Shown: positions 1 through 10,336 of the stretch, one piece after another
How positions within the stretch are numbered: position 1 is the first letter of the stretch
How the letters are laid out: the number at the start of each line of letters is the position of its first letter
DNA from: Bdellovibrionales bacterium
Lineage (GTDB): Bacteria; Bdellovibrionota; Bdellovibrionia; Bdellovibrionales; UBA1609
Assembly (NCBI GenBank): GCA_965261545.1
Contig: CBDHDF010000010.1
Span: 608,001-672,000 of the forward strand
Length of the DNA stretch: 64,000 bases
Direction: 5' to 3'
Program-made: the position numbers and the translations under genes
Notes under the pieces: model-generated
Seen by the model: only the letters and a program-made list of their open reading frames with translations
Database searches by the model: none
Told to the model about the DNA's origin: nothing

Positions 1-1272
1 GGGGAAAGGGCTTTTGTAACGAGCTAAAAAGACCCTAACATGCATTTTGTATTTTTTTTTCTCCAATTTATGAAAAAGCCCCATCACACCCAAAAACTTT
101 TCATGCCCGCTCCACAGAAAGTCCTGTGCCTTTTGAGATAGTTTTCCCCAAGGCTCACTGATGTCTATCTTATGAGAATTGCAAAACTGAATGAGAGATA
201 GATAGTCTTTATAGGCGCTTGGCATGGAGAAGGGTTTAAGGGCCCCTTGAGTGAGGCTAAGTTCTTGATTGGGTATTACTTTTTGAGGATCTATTTCCAG
301 AAGATTTCCAAAGCCTTTGCATTTTTCACAAGCTCCAATAGGACTATTAAAACTAAAAAGTCTCGAATCTATTTCAGGGAAACTGTAATCACAAATGGAA
401 CAAGAATAGCGCTCGTCAAAGCGTATTGCCCAACCCTCAGTTGTGAGAACCTTTGCTTGGGCACAGTGAGGCTCTTTGTTGTACTTAAGACTCGTGGAAA
501 AAGCCTGGGACAAAGAATCGATAAGGCGAGAAGAATCGCTAAACCCCAGACGATCCATGACAATATAAAAATCTTTTTTAGGCAATGACTTTTGACCCGA
601 TTTAAAGACCTCAAGCTCAACAATATCACCAAGTTTCTCTTGAACCCAAAAAATCTGCTCAAGAGCACCTCCTTGAGTGGAACTTTTCTTGGAGGATATG
701 TTGGAAGATTTATTAACAATCGTCCTCTTGGGAATAAGAAGGCGCATAAAGCCATCGTTCACAAGTTGAGCCAATAGCTTTTTACCTTGAAGAAATCGAC
801 CCTTGGCTAAAACAGGAGCCAATATATATCCTCTTTTCTCACCAAAGATATGAAGAACTCTTTGTGCAGCACTTGTGGGCGAATCTTTACACAATGCAAC
901 CTCGTGGTGAGGGCAGTGAGCCACTCCCACCTTCTCATAGAGAAGCCTTAAATAGTCAAGAACTTCAGTGGTGGTTCCCACTGTGGAACGAGAAGACCGT
1001 ACGCCATTTTTTTGTTCAATGGAGATAGCGGGAGGGATGTTTTCAATGAATTCTACATCAGGCTTTGGAGCCTTATTTAAGAACTGCTTGGAGTAATTAG
1101 AAAGACTTTCAATATAGCGCCGCTGTCCTTCGGCATAAAGAGTCTCAAAGGCTAGCGAACTTTTCCCTGAACCACTAGGTCCACAAATTGTGGTGAAGGA
1201 TCCTAGGGGGATGGAAACATTGATAGATTGTAAATTGTTTTGTCTCACTCCAACTAAATGTATGCTCTTCAT
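1..1272 (-). CDS. uvrA: Excinuclease ABC subunit A (5' part; runs off the window start)
   Basis: Hand translation from ATG 1272 gives MKSIHLVGVRQNNLQ..GPSGSGKSSLAFETLYAEGQRRYIESLS, and YKMHVRVFLARY at the window edge. The ATG overlaps the PBP1A stop (ATGA). It is absent from the ORF track because no stop lies in the window. Confidence 0.93.
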   Translation of the reverse strand, partial: MKSIHLVGVRQNNLQSINVSIPLGSFTTICGPSGSGKSSLAFETLYAEGQRRYIESLSNYSKQFLNKAPKPDVEFIENIPPAISIEQKNGVRSSRSTVGTTTEVLDYLRLLYEKVGVAHCPHHEVALCKDSPTSAAQRVLHIFGEKRGYILAPVLAKGRFLQGKKLLAQLVNDGFMRLLIPKRTIVNKSSNISSKKSSTQGGALEQIFWVQEKLGDIVELEVFKSGQKSLPKKDFYIVMDRLGFSDSSRLIDSLSQAFSTSLKYNKEPHCAQAKVLTTEGWAIRFDERYSCSICDYSFPEIDSRLFSFNSPIGACEKCKGFGNLLEIDPQKVIPNQELSLTQGALKPFSMPSAYKDYLSLIQFCNSHKIDISEPWGKLSQKAQDFLWSGHEKFLGVMGLFHKLEKKKYKMHVRVFLARYKSPFP

Positions 1273-4064
1273 CCAGACATATCCTCTTTGAGAAAATCTT
1301 GGGTACTTTCATCGGATTTACCGCTGCGATCTTCTTCTTCCTCCAAATAAGATGAAGGCTCTGTGCCCTCTAAGAAGGCTTGCTTCACAATCGCGGAGGA
1401 CTTCGTCGAAGCAAGCCGACCCGTTTCATTATCAATGTTGGCAAATACAATGCCCTGTGGAGTAGAAAAATTTCTCGAAGGCAAATCCCTGTGGACAAAT
1501 TTCATGTACTCCAGCCATATGGGAAGGGCGTTGTTTCCACCAACCTCTCCCTTTCCCAAACTTTTTTCATTGTCATAGCCCACCCATACCCCCGTAGTAA
1601 TATCGGGGGTATAGCCCACAAACCAACCATCAAAGTAGCCATTGGTGCTCCCCGTTTTACCGGCCACAGGTCGCTTCAAGGCACGAGCCTTCCCCCCAGT
1701 GCCCCGGGGCTCTGTCACAACCCCTTGTAAAAGACTTGTCACAAGATAAGCCGTGGAAGGCTTCACCAATTGATCCAAGCTTTCAAAAAATAATGGGGGT
1801 TCATTCAACTCATTCAATGGGGGTTCATTTAATGACGGTTCATTCAATGACGATTCATTGGGCGACATACTACGAAGATAGGCTTGTCGACGCTCTTCAA
1901 ATTTTTCTTTCAAGGCATCTATATCTTCTTGAAGCCGATCATCAAGGCTAACATTCTCAAGAAGAATATTTCCCTTTCTGTCCACAACTCTGTGAATCAC
2001 CCTCGGCCTGACTCGCCTTCCAAGGTTGGCAATATGGGAAAAAGCCTTTGTCATTTCATAAAGGGTGACACCACTTGACCCAAGGGCCAGGGTTAAGTCC
2101 ATATTTAGTGGGCTAGACACGCCTAGGCGTTGGGCGTAATCAGCCACCAATTTCACACCAAGTTTTTCAATAATGCGAATAGTGGGAACATTGAGAGACC
2201 GTACAAATGCATTCCTCAAAAGAATATCACCACCAAATTTTGTAGAATGATTTTTCGGTTTCCATTTTTTTATTTGCTTGTCTGAAGCATCCCCATCATC
2301 ACCCAAAGAGTCCCCCTCTTCAAAGCCCTGGCCCTCATTTTCCGAACTCTGGCCCTCATCTTCACTTTCAAAGACCATGGGAGCATCAATAATGGGTGTG
2401 GCGGCTGTATAACCGTGGTCCAGGGCCGCCGCATAGACAAAGGTTTTGAAGGCAGAGCCTGTTTGTCGGCGAGCCTGGTAGGTGCGATTAAATTTAGATC
2501 GCTGAAAATCATAACCTCCCACCATGGCAATAATGTCAGAGCTTTTTTGATCCACAGAGAGAAGGGCCCCCTCGACCACAGGCTCTTGTTCCAATTCAAG
2601 GTGGGCAAATCTATGAAACTCAGGTAGATCGGTGGGACGCTTCCCCTCTTTCCAACGAAATTTCCCTTTGGCAAGCACTTTCTCAAGTCGTGGAGATTGA
2701 AATTTTTCTCCTTTGATTCGAACCTCAATCACATCCCCTTCCTTGAGAACTTGAGAGGGTTTTTTGATCTTTTCATAAATCCATCGAATCTTGGGGTTGG
2801 GCTTTCTCGCCCAATCCATTGTCTTAATGTCAATGAGGCCACGATTCTCAGCAAAGCGTACTTTCACAAGCCCCCACTTGTCACTGACCTCTATGACAAC
2901 TCCCTGAATAATTTGATCCATAGTGAGATATGGGGGAATATTTGGCAAATCTTTACCCTCAACGTCTTGACCACTAAGGTTGAGAGGCTCCTTAGGTGGG
3001 AAAGCTCCATCAGGTTGCAACTGGCGAACCTGGTTGAACTCATCCATAAGTTCATTGCGTGACTCCAACAAAAAAACATGGACTTCTTCCACTGTTGTAA
3101 GACTTTTCTTGGGGCCGCGAAAGCCCTGGCGTTTATCAAGAGCCCTTAAACCCTGCTCCACTTGTTTCTGAGCCTCCTTTTGACTATCGAGGTCAAGGCC
3201 GGTGTAAATTTGAACTCCCTCATCGAGTAAAATCTCTTCCCCCAAGTGCTCCACAATCATTTGGCGAACAACCTCAAGGTAATAAGGCGCCGAACTATTT
3301 TGATTTTTCCTGAGAAAGATTTGAAGAGGAACCATCTTTGCACTTTGGGACTGCTCCTCTGTAATATAGTTCTCATCCACCATTCGTTGAAGAACATACT
3401 GTTGACGCCTTTTCGCAGCCCCAGGCTCATAGGTGGGCGTGTAGCGACTGGGTGCTGGAGTCAAGCCCGCAAGGAGAGCGGCCTCTGCTAGAGATATTTC
3501 TTGGAGAGGTTTTCGAAAATAGTTTTCACAGGCTTTTGCAACTCCATAGGCCCCTTGCCCAAGATAGATTTGGTTAAGATAGAGATAGAGGATATCCGAT
3601 TTGCTGAGGCTCTGCTCCATGCGATAGGCGAGGAGAATTTCTTTGATTTTTCGAGTGTAGGTTTTCTTATTCGTAAGCATGATGGTTTTAGCCACCTGCT
3701 GGGTAATTGTCGATCCTCCCTGAACCTTCTTGCCCGCCTTTAGGTTGGCCACAACCGCACGGGTCAGCGACTTAAAATTCACTCCCCTATGCCTGAAAAA
3801 GGAAGCGTCTTCAGCGGCCAAAAAAGCCTGGATGACAATTTTTGGAATATCTTCGTAGTTAACAAGGGTTCTACGCTCACTCCGTGAGAACTCCCCGATT
3901 TTGCTCCCCTCACGGTCAAAAACATTTGAGACCAAGAGGGGGTTATAGCTCTCAAGACTCACAACTTCAGGAAGGCTATCAAATAAAGTCATCAATAAAT
4001 AGCCTAGGATCAAAAAGCCTATAAATACAAAAGCACAGCAAAGAACAAAGATTTTTTTAAACAT
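1269..4064 (-). CDS. mrcA: Penicillin-binding protein 1A (bifunctional transglycosylase/transpeptidase)
   Basis: N-terminal TM; motifs EDxxFxxHxG, GGSTITQQVAK, RKIKE, SAFK, SLN, KTG. Confidence 0.93.
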   Translation of the reverse strand: MFKKIFVLCCAFVFIGFLILGYLLMTLFDSLPEVVSLESYNPLLVSNVFDREGSKIGEFSRSERRTLVNYEDIPKIVIQAFLAAEDASFFRHRGVNFKSLTRAVVANLKAGKKVQGGSTITQQVAKTIMLTNKKTYTRKIKEILLAYRMEQSLSKSDILYLYLNQIYLGQGAYGVAKACENYFRKPLQEISLAEAALLAGLTPAPSRYTPTYEPGAAKRRQQYVLQRMVDENYITEEQSQSAKMVPLQIFLRKNQNSSAPYYLEVVRQMIVEHLGEEILLDEGVQIYTGLDLDSQKEAQKQVEQGLRALDKRQGFRGPKKSLTTVEEVHVFLLESRNELMDEFNQVRQLQPDGAFPPKEPLNLSGQDVEGKDLPNIPPYLTMDQIIQGVVIEVSDKWGLVKVRFAENRGLIDIKTMDWARKPNPKIRWIYEKIKKPSQVLKEGDVIEVRIKGEKFQSPRLEKVLAKGKFRWKEGKRPTDLPEFHRFAHLELEQEPVVEGALLSVDQKSSDIIAMVGGYDFQRSKFNRTYQARRQTGSAFKTFVYAAALDHGYTAATPIIDAPMVFESEDEGQSSENEGQGFEEGDSLGDDGDASDKQIKKWKPKNHSTKFGGDILLRNAFVRSLNVPTIRIIEKLGVKLVADYAQRLGVSSPLNMDLTLALGSSGVTLYEMTKAFSHIANLGRRVRPRVIHRVVDRKGNILLENVSLDDRLQEDIDALKEKFEERRQAYLRSMSPNESSLNEPSLNEPPLNELNEPPLFFESLDQLVKPSTAYLVTSLLQGVVTEPRGTGGKARALKRPVAGKTGSTNGYFDGWFVGYTPDITTGVWVGYDNEKSLGKGEVGGNNALPIWLEYMKFVHRDLPSRNFSTPQGIVFANIDNETGRLASTKSSAIVKQAFLEGTEPSSYLEEEEDRSGKSDESTQDFLKEDMSG

Positions 4065-4574
4065 AACTATGTTTTTTAGTATATTATGGGGTTATGGAAG
4101 AGTCTACAGAAATGAGTTATTTGGGACATCGAGGCAGATTTGTTGCAGCGCAATCTTTTCTAGGGACAGCAGCGCGATTTGACCAAGCTGCGCCATGGGC
4201 TTTGACAAGAAAAATTAAGAAAACCAGCTTTTAGCTTATTCCAAAAAATATTCTTCGAATTAAGACCCATTCCAATAATGAAACGAAAAATATTATTTTA
4301 AATTATATAATAAATTATATAATAATTTATATAAAAATATTTTAGCGCAAATTATTGAAAAAGATATGGAAAAATATGTAAGGTATGAGTAAAATAAAAG
4401 TATATTCTGTGGTCTCTTGAAATAAAACCCTACAAGTATAAAAAAGGGGGCCGCCTCTGCCAATGTTGTGCATACTCAGTCATTGAGGAGCCTAAAACAT
4501 TGTTATGCAGCCGCCCACATGGTGACTAGGGGTTTTAAATTCAATGAGTTCCACAGATTTTTTTTTAAACTCAT

Positions 4575-4769
4575 TCATTCAATTGATGGGGCCAGAGGCT
4601 TGGTGTTGGTGTTTTGAGTAAGCAACTGACTGAGCCAAGTTCGGCATTGGCCGCAGTCAGAGCCTGCCCCTCGGCATTGGCTAGAGAGGGCCTCCAGAGA
4701 TGAGCAGCCGAATTTAATGGCCTCAATGACCTCTGATTCTTTGACAGCTTTACATAAACAGGCATACAT
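4575..4769 (-). CDS. Bfd-like [2Fe-2S] ferredoxin
   Basis: 64 aa with C-x-C ... C-x2-C (MYACLC..DCGQC). Confidence 0.85.
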   Translation of the reverse strand: MYACLCKAVKESEVIEAIKFGCSSLEALSSQCRGAGSDCGQCRTWLSQLLTQNTNTKPLAPSIE

Positions 4770-4884
4770 GTTTTCTGACCTCGATGTACCTTGCCTCAGC
4801 TTATAATTTTATATACTTATATTACCACATTATTGTAAGATTCTGAAGAGAAGGCTTCTATTCAGTAAATAGGGAGCACTTAGT

Positions 4885-5649
4885 TTGCAGTCAGTTTTCA
4901 TTATGGCGTCTACTTCCATCTTAAAATACACTCAGACTTTTGTTAGCTGTGGTTACAGGTATGCAAGGAAAGACTGGTCTCGTACAAAGAACATTGAGGT
5001 TTACGGAGATGACCACTCAGATGATGGCATGGGTTGCAATCTAAGAATTGTGGCTTGTGGCACTAAAGATTTTCAAGCCTCACTGAGTGATTTATCCAAG
5101 GTGTGGGACCATCAGTTTCTCAATGATCTCCATGGGTTGAGCACAATAGTCCCCACAATGGAAGCTTTGGCAGCTTACGGTTTTACATTTATGGCGGCAC
5201 CTGAGCTTGAGTCCATAAAAGTCCAAGCGGGGGAGAACCTGTGGGCTGAATTTTCTCGTCATGGTAAGGCTTCGGTGACTAGGGTTTACCGTTTGAATTG
5301 CCTCCACCGCCATCACAACCCTAACTTGTCAGAGGAGGAAAATAGGCAACTCTACGGAAAATGTTCAAAGATCCATGGCCACGAATATCACTTAGAAGTT
5401 TGTGTCACAGGTCATATCCATAGTGAGACCCACTTGGTAGTGCCACGCCAGTGGATGGACTCATGGGTGAGTCACCTTGTTATTGAGCCTTTGAATAAGA
5501 CATTTTTAAATGATTCCATTGGCAATACCTCTGGAGAGATTATTGCCCAAAGGTTTTATGATATTTTGACCCCTCGTCTTCTCAAGGGGCTAGAGTTGAG
5601 CCTTTGTCTGCGCGAGACACGAAAAAATTCATTTATTATCACTGGGTAA
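4885..5649 (+). CDS. 6-pyruvoyl-tetrahydropterin synthase/QueD family protein with tandem domains (N-terminal one degenerate); likely start ATG 4903
   Basis: C-terminal domain has ENRQLYGKCSKIHGH (C-x3-HGH), TSGE and LRETRKN. Confidence 0.8.
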   Translation: MQSVFIMASTSILKYTQTFVSCGYRYARKDWSRTKNIEVYGDDHSDDGMGCNLRIVACGTKDFQASLSDLSKVWDHQFLNDLHGLSTIVPTMEALAAYGFTFMAAPELESIKVQAGENLWAEFSRHGKASVTRVYRLNCLHRHHNPNLSEEENRQLYGKCSKIHGHEYHLEVCVTGHIHSETHLVVPRQWMDSWVSHLVIEPLNKTFLNDSIGNTSGEIIAQRFYDILTPRLLKGLELSLCLRETRKNSFIITG

Positions 5650-5682
5650 AGCCTTGTAGATCCAAGTACCCCTAGCCAAATA

Positions 5683-6054
5683 TCAGTTTGGCTCACTGTT
5701 AAAAAACTGTATGGCTTCATTTCTTGTTTTACCCACTTTAATGAGAGTGCTAAAACCTGAAATGGAAAACACTTCTTGAACAGTTTTATTCAAAGAACAA
5801 ATGGCAAACTCAAACTTTTTAGATTTCATCTTTTTAGATGTAGAAAGAAAAACTCGGAGTCCGGAACTACTCACAAAGGTGGTGTCTTTGAGATCAATGA
5901 GTAATTTTGTATTCTCGCTACCACCTTCGATAATATCGTTAATATGGGTTTCCACATCAATAGAAGTATTTATATTGATAGGTCCACTGATTTCTAGGAT
6001 CGTAACATTATCCTGTGTGACTGTTTTTGCTTCCATTTCCATAATGACCTCCAT
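5683..6054 (-). CDS. STAS anti-sigma factor antagonist (RsbV/SpoIIAA-like)
   Basis: LLIDLKDTTFVSSSGLR phosphoacceptor motif; VQEVFSISGF. Confidence 0.9.
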   Translation of the reverse strand: MEVIMEMEAKTVTQDNVTILEISGPININTSIDVETHINDIIEGGSENTKLLIDLKDTTFVSSSGLRVFLSTSKKMKSKKFEFAICSLNKTVQEVFSISGFSTLIKVGKTRNEAIQFFNSEPN

Positions 6055-6090
6055 TGGTATAATATTTTATTATATATAATAAAATACGTG

Positions 6091-8268
6091 TTATAGTTTT
6101 TTAGTAAGTGTTAAAATATTTTGATCAACCTTTCTTCTGTAATGACAATCATCGACAATATTTTTGACAAGGTGAATGCCTAACCCTCCAATGGATCTTT
6201 CATCAATGGATAAGTTGATGTCAGGAGTATTGGCGAGGAGAGGGTTGAAGGGAACTCCATTGTCTGTAATAGTAATTATAATTTGCTTTGAGTAGAGAGT
6301 GCATTCAATAATCACAGTAGACTCACTTTTTTCATGCTCACCTTTATCCGCATAGGCATATTGTACAATGTTGCTAAGAATATCATCAAAGATAAGATTT
6401 ATTTTCATTAGAATTTCATTGAGAATTTGGTGTTCTTGAGCAAATTTCTCAAATTCATCAATGACATAAGTAACTTCTTTTATTGTACTTTTCATTTGAA
6501 TGGTTTTGGACGCTACAGGAGTGTCTTCTGAGCTTTTAATATATTTCAAGCAAAGGGCTGTGGTATCATCAAAAGGCTCTAAGCCATATTCAAATTTTCG
6601 AACATCTTCATAAAGGTCTTCCATGAATTCTTTTGCAGAAGTGACTTTATGGTCTTTTAAGAATTGAATCAATTTTTTTTCGGAATACATTTCATTGTTG
6701 TGGTTATGGGCCTCTGTGACACCATCGGTGTAGGCGAAAAGAGTATCTGCTGCCTTGAGGGTTCGGTGGGACTCCTCGTAGGCAAAGTCATCAACAATTC
6801 CAACCACAGGGCCATGGATTTTAGATAGTAATTCCACATCTCCTCCCTTATTTTTTATAAGGGTGGGGTTGTGGCCTGCGTTGGTATAGGAAAGCTGTCC
6901 CGTGCTAATATTGAGGACCCCAATAAATATGGTAATAAACATACAATTGGGATTTTCTTTGGCAATCTCATTATTGACATGTGTGATGATACTTGCTGGA
7001 GAAAAATCGTCTTGAGCGCGAGCTTTAAGTAGAGTGCGGCACACAGCCATCATAAGAGCTGCTGGCACTCCTTTGCCTGAGACATCTCCCACAACAAAAC
7101 ATAAGTGATCTTTATCCACAAAGTAAAAATCATAAAAATCTCCACCCACTTCTCTTGCGGGAATAAGCTTGGCAAATATGTCAAATTCTTCGTGTTCAGG
7201 ATAGGCTGGAAATGTCAGTGGCACCATGCCCATTTGTATATCCTTGGCGACATTAAGTTCTGACTCCATGTTTGATTTTGCGGCTGTGAGCAGTGTCAGT
7301 GTTTCTGCCAACTGAGAAACCATTTTATCAAAGGCTCTTCCAAGGGTGCCCAGTTCATCTTTGCCAACAATTTCACTTCGGCCCTGAAGATCTCCATTAG
7401 AAATTTTAACTGAGGCATTGACCAAGCTATTAATTCTTAACAAGACTTTTCTGTAGACCACAAAAAAGAGAATCAGGAGCAGGGCGAAGAGCACCCCTGT
7501 GGAGATGAGAGCAAGTATGAGGTAGAGTTGAGCCTCATACTGCACTGCACGAAGCTCCCTTTGGGTGCGCTGATCGATGTGTTGGTGAAAAGCCTCAATG
7601 GGCCTCATAATGTCAGCCTTGGCCTGAAAGTATTCTTGGTTGTGGAGAAGTTTTTTGGCAAGGCTGTGGCCCGAGAGGGTCCGTTCTTGACTTTTGCTAT
7701 TTTTATTGGCTTCAGTTTTGGTGCCTGCTAAATCTCCAGTGTTGGGTACATCCTCGGTGCTTGTTAGATCTCCATTGTTTGGTGCAGCCTCTATGGCTTG
7801 GAATGCTTGAGTTTCAATTTGGGTGAGCTTATCAGACAGCTTTTGGGCCTTCCAAAGGTATTCAATTTCTTCGGAGGAGAGGTTGTATTTTTCCATGAGT
7901 TTTTCCATGGAGACTTTCTTATAGGTGGATGACTGAAGTAAGTTTGTTTCTCCAGAAAGAACAAAGTCCCAGAAGGCTCTTTGATAGTTCTGGGGGCGCG
8001 GGGCTTTTCCACTCCGGATATTGAGGACTTGATAGAAATAATCTTTGAACTTCTTGTCGTTTGTTTCGACAAAAAGCCTGGCAAGGTTGGTGAGATTATT
8101 AGAGGACTGGAGGAGTTCGCTGGAGAGTTGGATGGAGTGAAAGCGTCGCTCCTGAACTTGGGATATTTTGGAAAGGGAGTTTTCTAATTGGATCGTGAAG
8201 AAAATAATGCAACAAGACACAGCTAAGGCACTGGTGAGGAATAAATAGAGTGTATGTTTAACTTTCAT
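6091..8268 (-). CDS. Membrane HAMP-SpoIIE/PP2C phosphatase fused to a C-terminal RsbW-like HATPase
   Basis: Two TM segments, HAMP (DELGTLGRAFDKM), VGGDFYD, GDVSGKGVPAAL, YTDGVTEA, DDTT, then DNGVPFNPL..GGLGIHLVK. Confidence 0.9.
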   Translation of the reverse strand: MKVKHTLYLFLTSALAVSCCIIFFTIQLENSLSKISQVQERRFHSIQLSSELLQSSNNLTNLARLFVETNDKKFKDYFYQVLNIRSGKAPRPQNYQRAFWDFVLSGETNLLQSSTYKKVSMEKLMEKYNLSSEEIEYLWKAQKLSDKLTQIETQAFQAIEAAPNNGDLTSTEDVPNTGDLAGTKTEANKNSKSQERTLSGHSLAKKLLHNQEYFQAKADIMRPIEAFHQHIDQRTQRELRAVQYEAQLYLILALISTGVLFALLLILFFVVYRKVLLRINSLVNASVKISNGDLQGRSEIVGKDELGTLGRAFDKMVSQLAETLTLLTAAKSNMESELNVAKDIQMGMVPLTFPAYPEHEEFDIFAKLIPAREVGGDFYDFYFVDKDHLCFVVGDVSGKGVPAALMMAVCRTLLKARAQDDFSPASIITHVNNEIAKENPNCMFITIFIGVLNISTGQLSYTNAGHNPTLIKNKGGDVELLSKIHGPVVGIVDDFAYEESHRTLKAADTLFAYTDGVTEAHNHNNEMYSEKKLIQFLKDHKVTSAKEFMEDLYEDVRKFEYGLEPFDDTTALCLKYIKSSEDTPVASKTIQMKSTIKEVTYVIDEFEKFAQEHQILNEILMKINLIFDDILSNIVQYAYADKGEHEKSESTVIIECTLYSKQIIITITDNGVPFNPLLANTPDINLSIDERSIGGLGIHLVKNIVDDCHYRRKVDQNILTLTKKL

Positions 8269-8739
8269 CTCAATCTAGCCTACTTGTTCATCGGGCCAAG
8301 TCGCCCATTTCGTCGATGCGTTCACCTAACCTCCTCAGCCTTGCCCTAGTTTTAACCTTTGTGGTGGTGTGACTGGTGTGACTCAAAATTTTAACCTTAA
8401 TCCAACCATAAGTAACTATGTAAATAACTATGAATGTCATAGCTTTCAATAGCTTTTTTTTAAATTTATTGTTTTTATTGCCTTGCGTGCACCTTATGCA
8501 TATACTTTTGTCTGTCCATAAACGCACATTATCCACAGACGGATTGACGGATGAAAATTTGACTGGCATTTTAGCTAAAGGTGTAGAAGGGCTGTATAGG
8601 GTCGTAAGGGTCGTTTTAGCTAAGGATTTGGGGGATTGATTGAATTGGATCAGGTCGAGGGTCGGTCGGTTTTGTTGTTAATGGACTGGCTTGTCATCAC
8701 ATGGAGTTTATGTGAAAGTGATTAGGGGAATCATTAGCT

Positions 8740-9159
8740 ATGGATAATACATTTCACTTTGATCTTAAAAAAGTTGAGGATTTTTCTAAGTTCATGGATG
8801 CCTTGTCTGAGTATCACGTTTACCATATCTCCAATATGTCTAGCTACCTGGATCTCAAAACTTGTCTTGAAGAGTTAATTATGAATATCTTTCAGCATGG
8901 TGGCTACGATGGGACAAAGAAGGAGCCTGAAGTTAAAGTAAGATTGTATAAGGACAATGACGAAATTGTGGCTGAGGTCACAGATAATGCCGCACCATTT
9001 AATTTACTCACCAGTCAGCACAAGGCAGATACAACGTCTTCCTTGGAGGAAAGGGCTCTTGGTGGACTAGGCATTCACTTGGTGAAGAAACTCTCCGATC
9101 GCTTGGAATACATACCGGTCGAACATGGAAATCGAGTGGTTTTGGCCAAGCATCTATAA
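8740..9159 (+). CDS. RsbW-like anti-sigma factor kinase (HATPase_c_2)
   Basis: EELIMNIFQHG, DNAAPFN, GGLGIHLVK. Confidence 0.88.
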   Translation: MDNTFHFDLKKVEDFSKFMDALSEYHVYHISNMSSYLDLKTCLEELIMNIFQHGGYDGTKKEPEVKVRLYKDNDEIVAEVTDNAAPFNLLTSQHKADTTSSLEERALGGLGIHLVKKLSDRLEYIPVEHGNRVVLAKHL

Positions 9160-9180
9160 ATCTTAGATGAATGAGTCCCT

Positions 9181-10311
9181 TTAGGATAAGTCCTCTGGTT
9201 GGAGACGGGGAGAGGCTTCGTGGTTTTGCTTTGAAACTTCCCCTCGATTGAGTCTTTGAATGCCCACATAACCTATCATGGCGGCGTTGTCTGTGCAGTA
9301 GCGAAGGGGGGGGGCCATAAGATGGTAGCCATTTTTTTGAGCCCACTCCTCGCTGCGGGCTCTTAATCTTGAGTTGGCACTAACCCCCCCTGTGATAATC
9401 ACTTGGCGTTCATTGTATGTGCGAACAGCTCGGTCGAGCTTGCCCAAAAGGACATCGCAAATAGCCTCTTGGTAACTGGCGCAGAGATTGCTTCGTTGTT
9501 TTCTTTGGGCCTCTGGAGACATGAAGAGAATTTTTCGCTGGGCAGCGGCTTTTAAGCCAGAAAAGCTCATTTGAAAGTTATTTTCTTTGAGCATCGGGCG
9601 AGGAAAACAAAAGGCTTTGGGGTGGCCCTTACGAGCCCATTCATCGACTTTCACTCCCCCTGGAAAACCGAGCCCCAACATTTTGGCAAATTTGTCAAAA
9701 GCTTCTCCGGCGGCATCGTCCACGGTTTGACCCAAAATTTCATAGATTCCAAACTCGGGAACTCGGTAGAGTTGACTGTGACCTCCGCTGACAGTGAGGG
9801 CGAGAAAGGGGTATTTTAATTTGTATCGTGGCGTGTGGAGTTTATCTCTTAAGAAGGGGGCAAAAAGGTGCCCCTCCAAGTGATTGACCCCTAAAAAAGG
9901 TCGCTCTTTGGTGAGTGCAAGGGTTTTTGCTGTGATAAGACCCACAATGAGGGAACCCAGCAGGCCAGGTCGAGAGGTGACAACAATGCCGTCAATGTCA
10001 CTCCACCCTTGGAAAGGCTTTTTATGAAAGCCAGTTTCTTTAAAACCAGCCTTTTTGAGGTTAAGGCAAACCTTTTTAAAACAAGCCTCTATGAGGGGAA
10101 GAATATGGAGGGTGTGATTGCGGCCAGCAATTTCTGGCACAACTCCACCAAAGGGTTCGTGGGCAAGGTCTTGGTGGGCTGAGCACATGGACAGCACAAA
10201 ACCATCGTGGGTCACAATGGCCACTGAGGTATCATCGCAGCTGGTTTCAATGGCTAAGACCTGGCGAAAGGGTGGTGACTTCATAGAGGGAGGCTTGGTT
10301 GACTCATTCAT
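9181..10311 (-). CDS. tsaD: tRNA t6A threonylcarbamoyltransferase TsaD
   Basis: AIETSCDDT, GGVVPE, HLEGH, VSGGH, DDAAGEAFDK, DNAAMI. Confidence 0.97.
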   Translation of the reverse strand: MNESTKPPSMKSPPFRQVLAIETSCDDTSVAIVTHDGFVLSMCSAHQDLAHEPFGGVVPEIAGRNHTLHILPLIEACFKKVCLNLKKAGFKETGFHKKPFQGWSDIDGIVVTSRPGLLGSLIVGLITAKTLALTKERPFLGVNHLEGHLFAPFLRDKLHTPRYKLKYPFLALTVSGGHSQLYRVPEFGIYEILGQTVDDAAGEAFDKFAKMLGLGFPGGVKVDEWARKGHPKAFCFPRPMLKENNFQMSFSGLKAAAQRKILFMSPEAQRKQRSNLCASYQEAICDVLLGKLDRAVRTYNERQVIITGGVSANSRLRARSEEWAQKNGYHLMAPPLRYCTDNAAMIGYVGIQRLNRGEVSKQNHEASPRLQPEDLS

Positions 10312-10336
10312 AATGAATTCATATCACGAGACGTCA

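Noticed and set aside
247..777. Short track ORFs 247-588, 369-755 and 592-777, and similar antisense or alternative-frame ORFs throughout
   Set aside because: They are shadows of uvrA or of other well-supported genes, with no recognisable motifs.
4285..4345. Very AT-rich tract as a replication origin or DUE
   Set aside because: No DnaA-box cluster or dnaA/gidA context; explained by promoter DNA plus a short tandem duplication.
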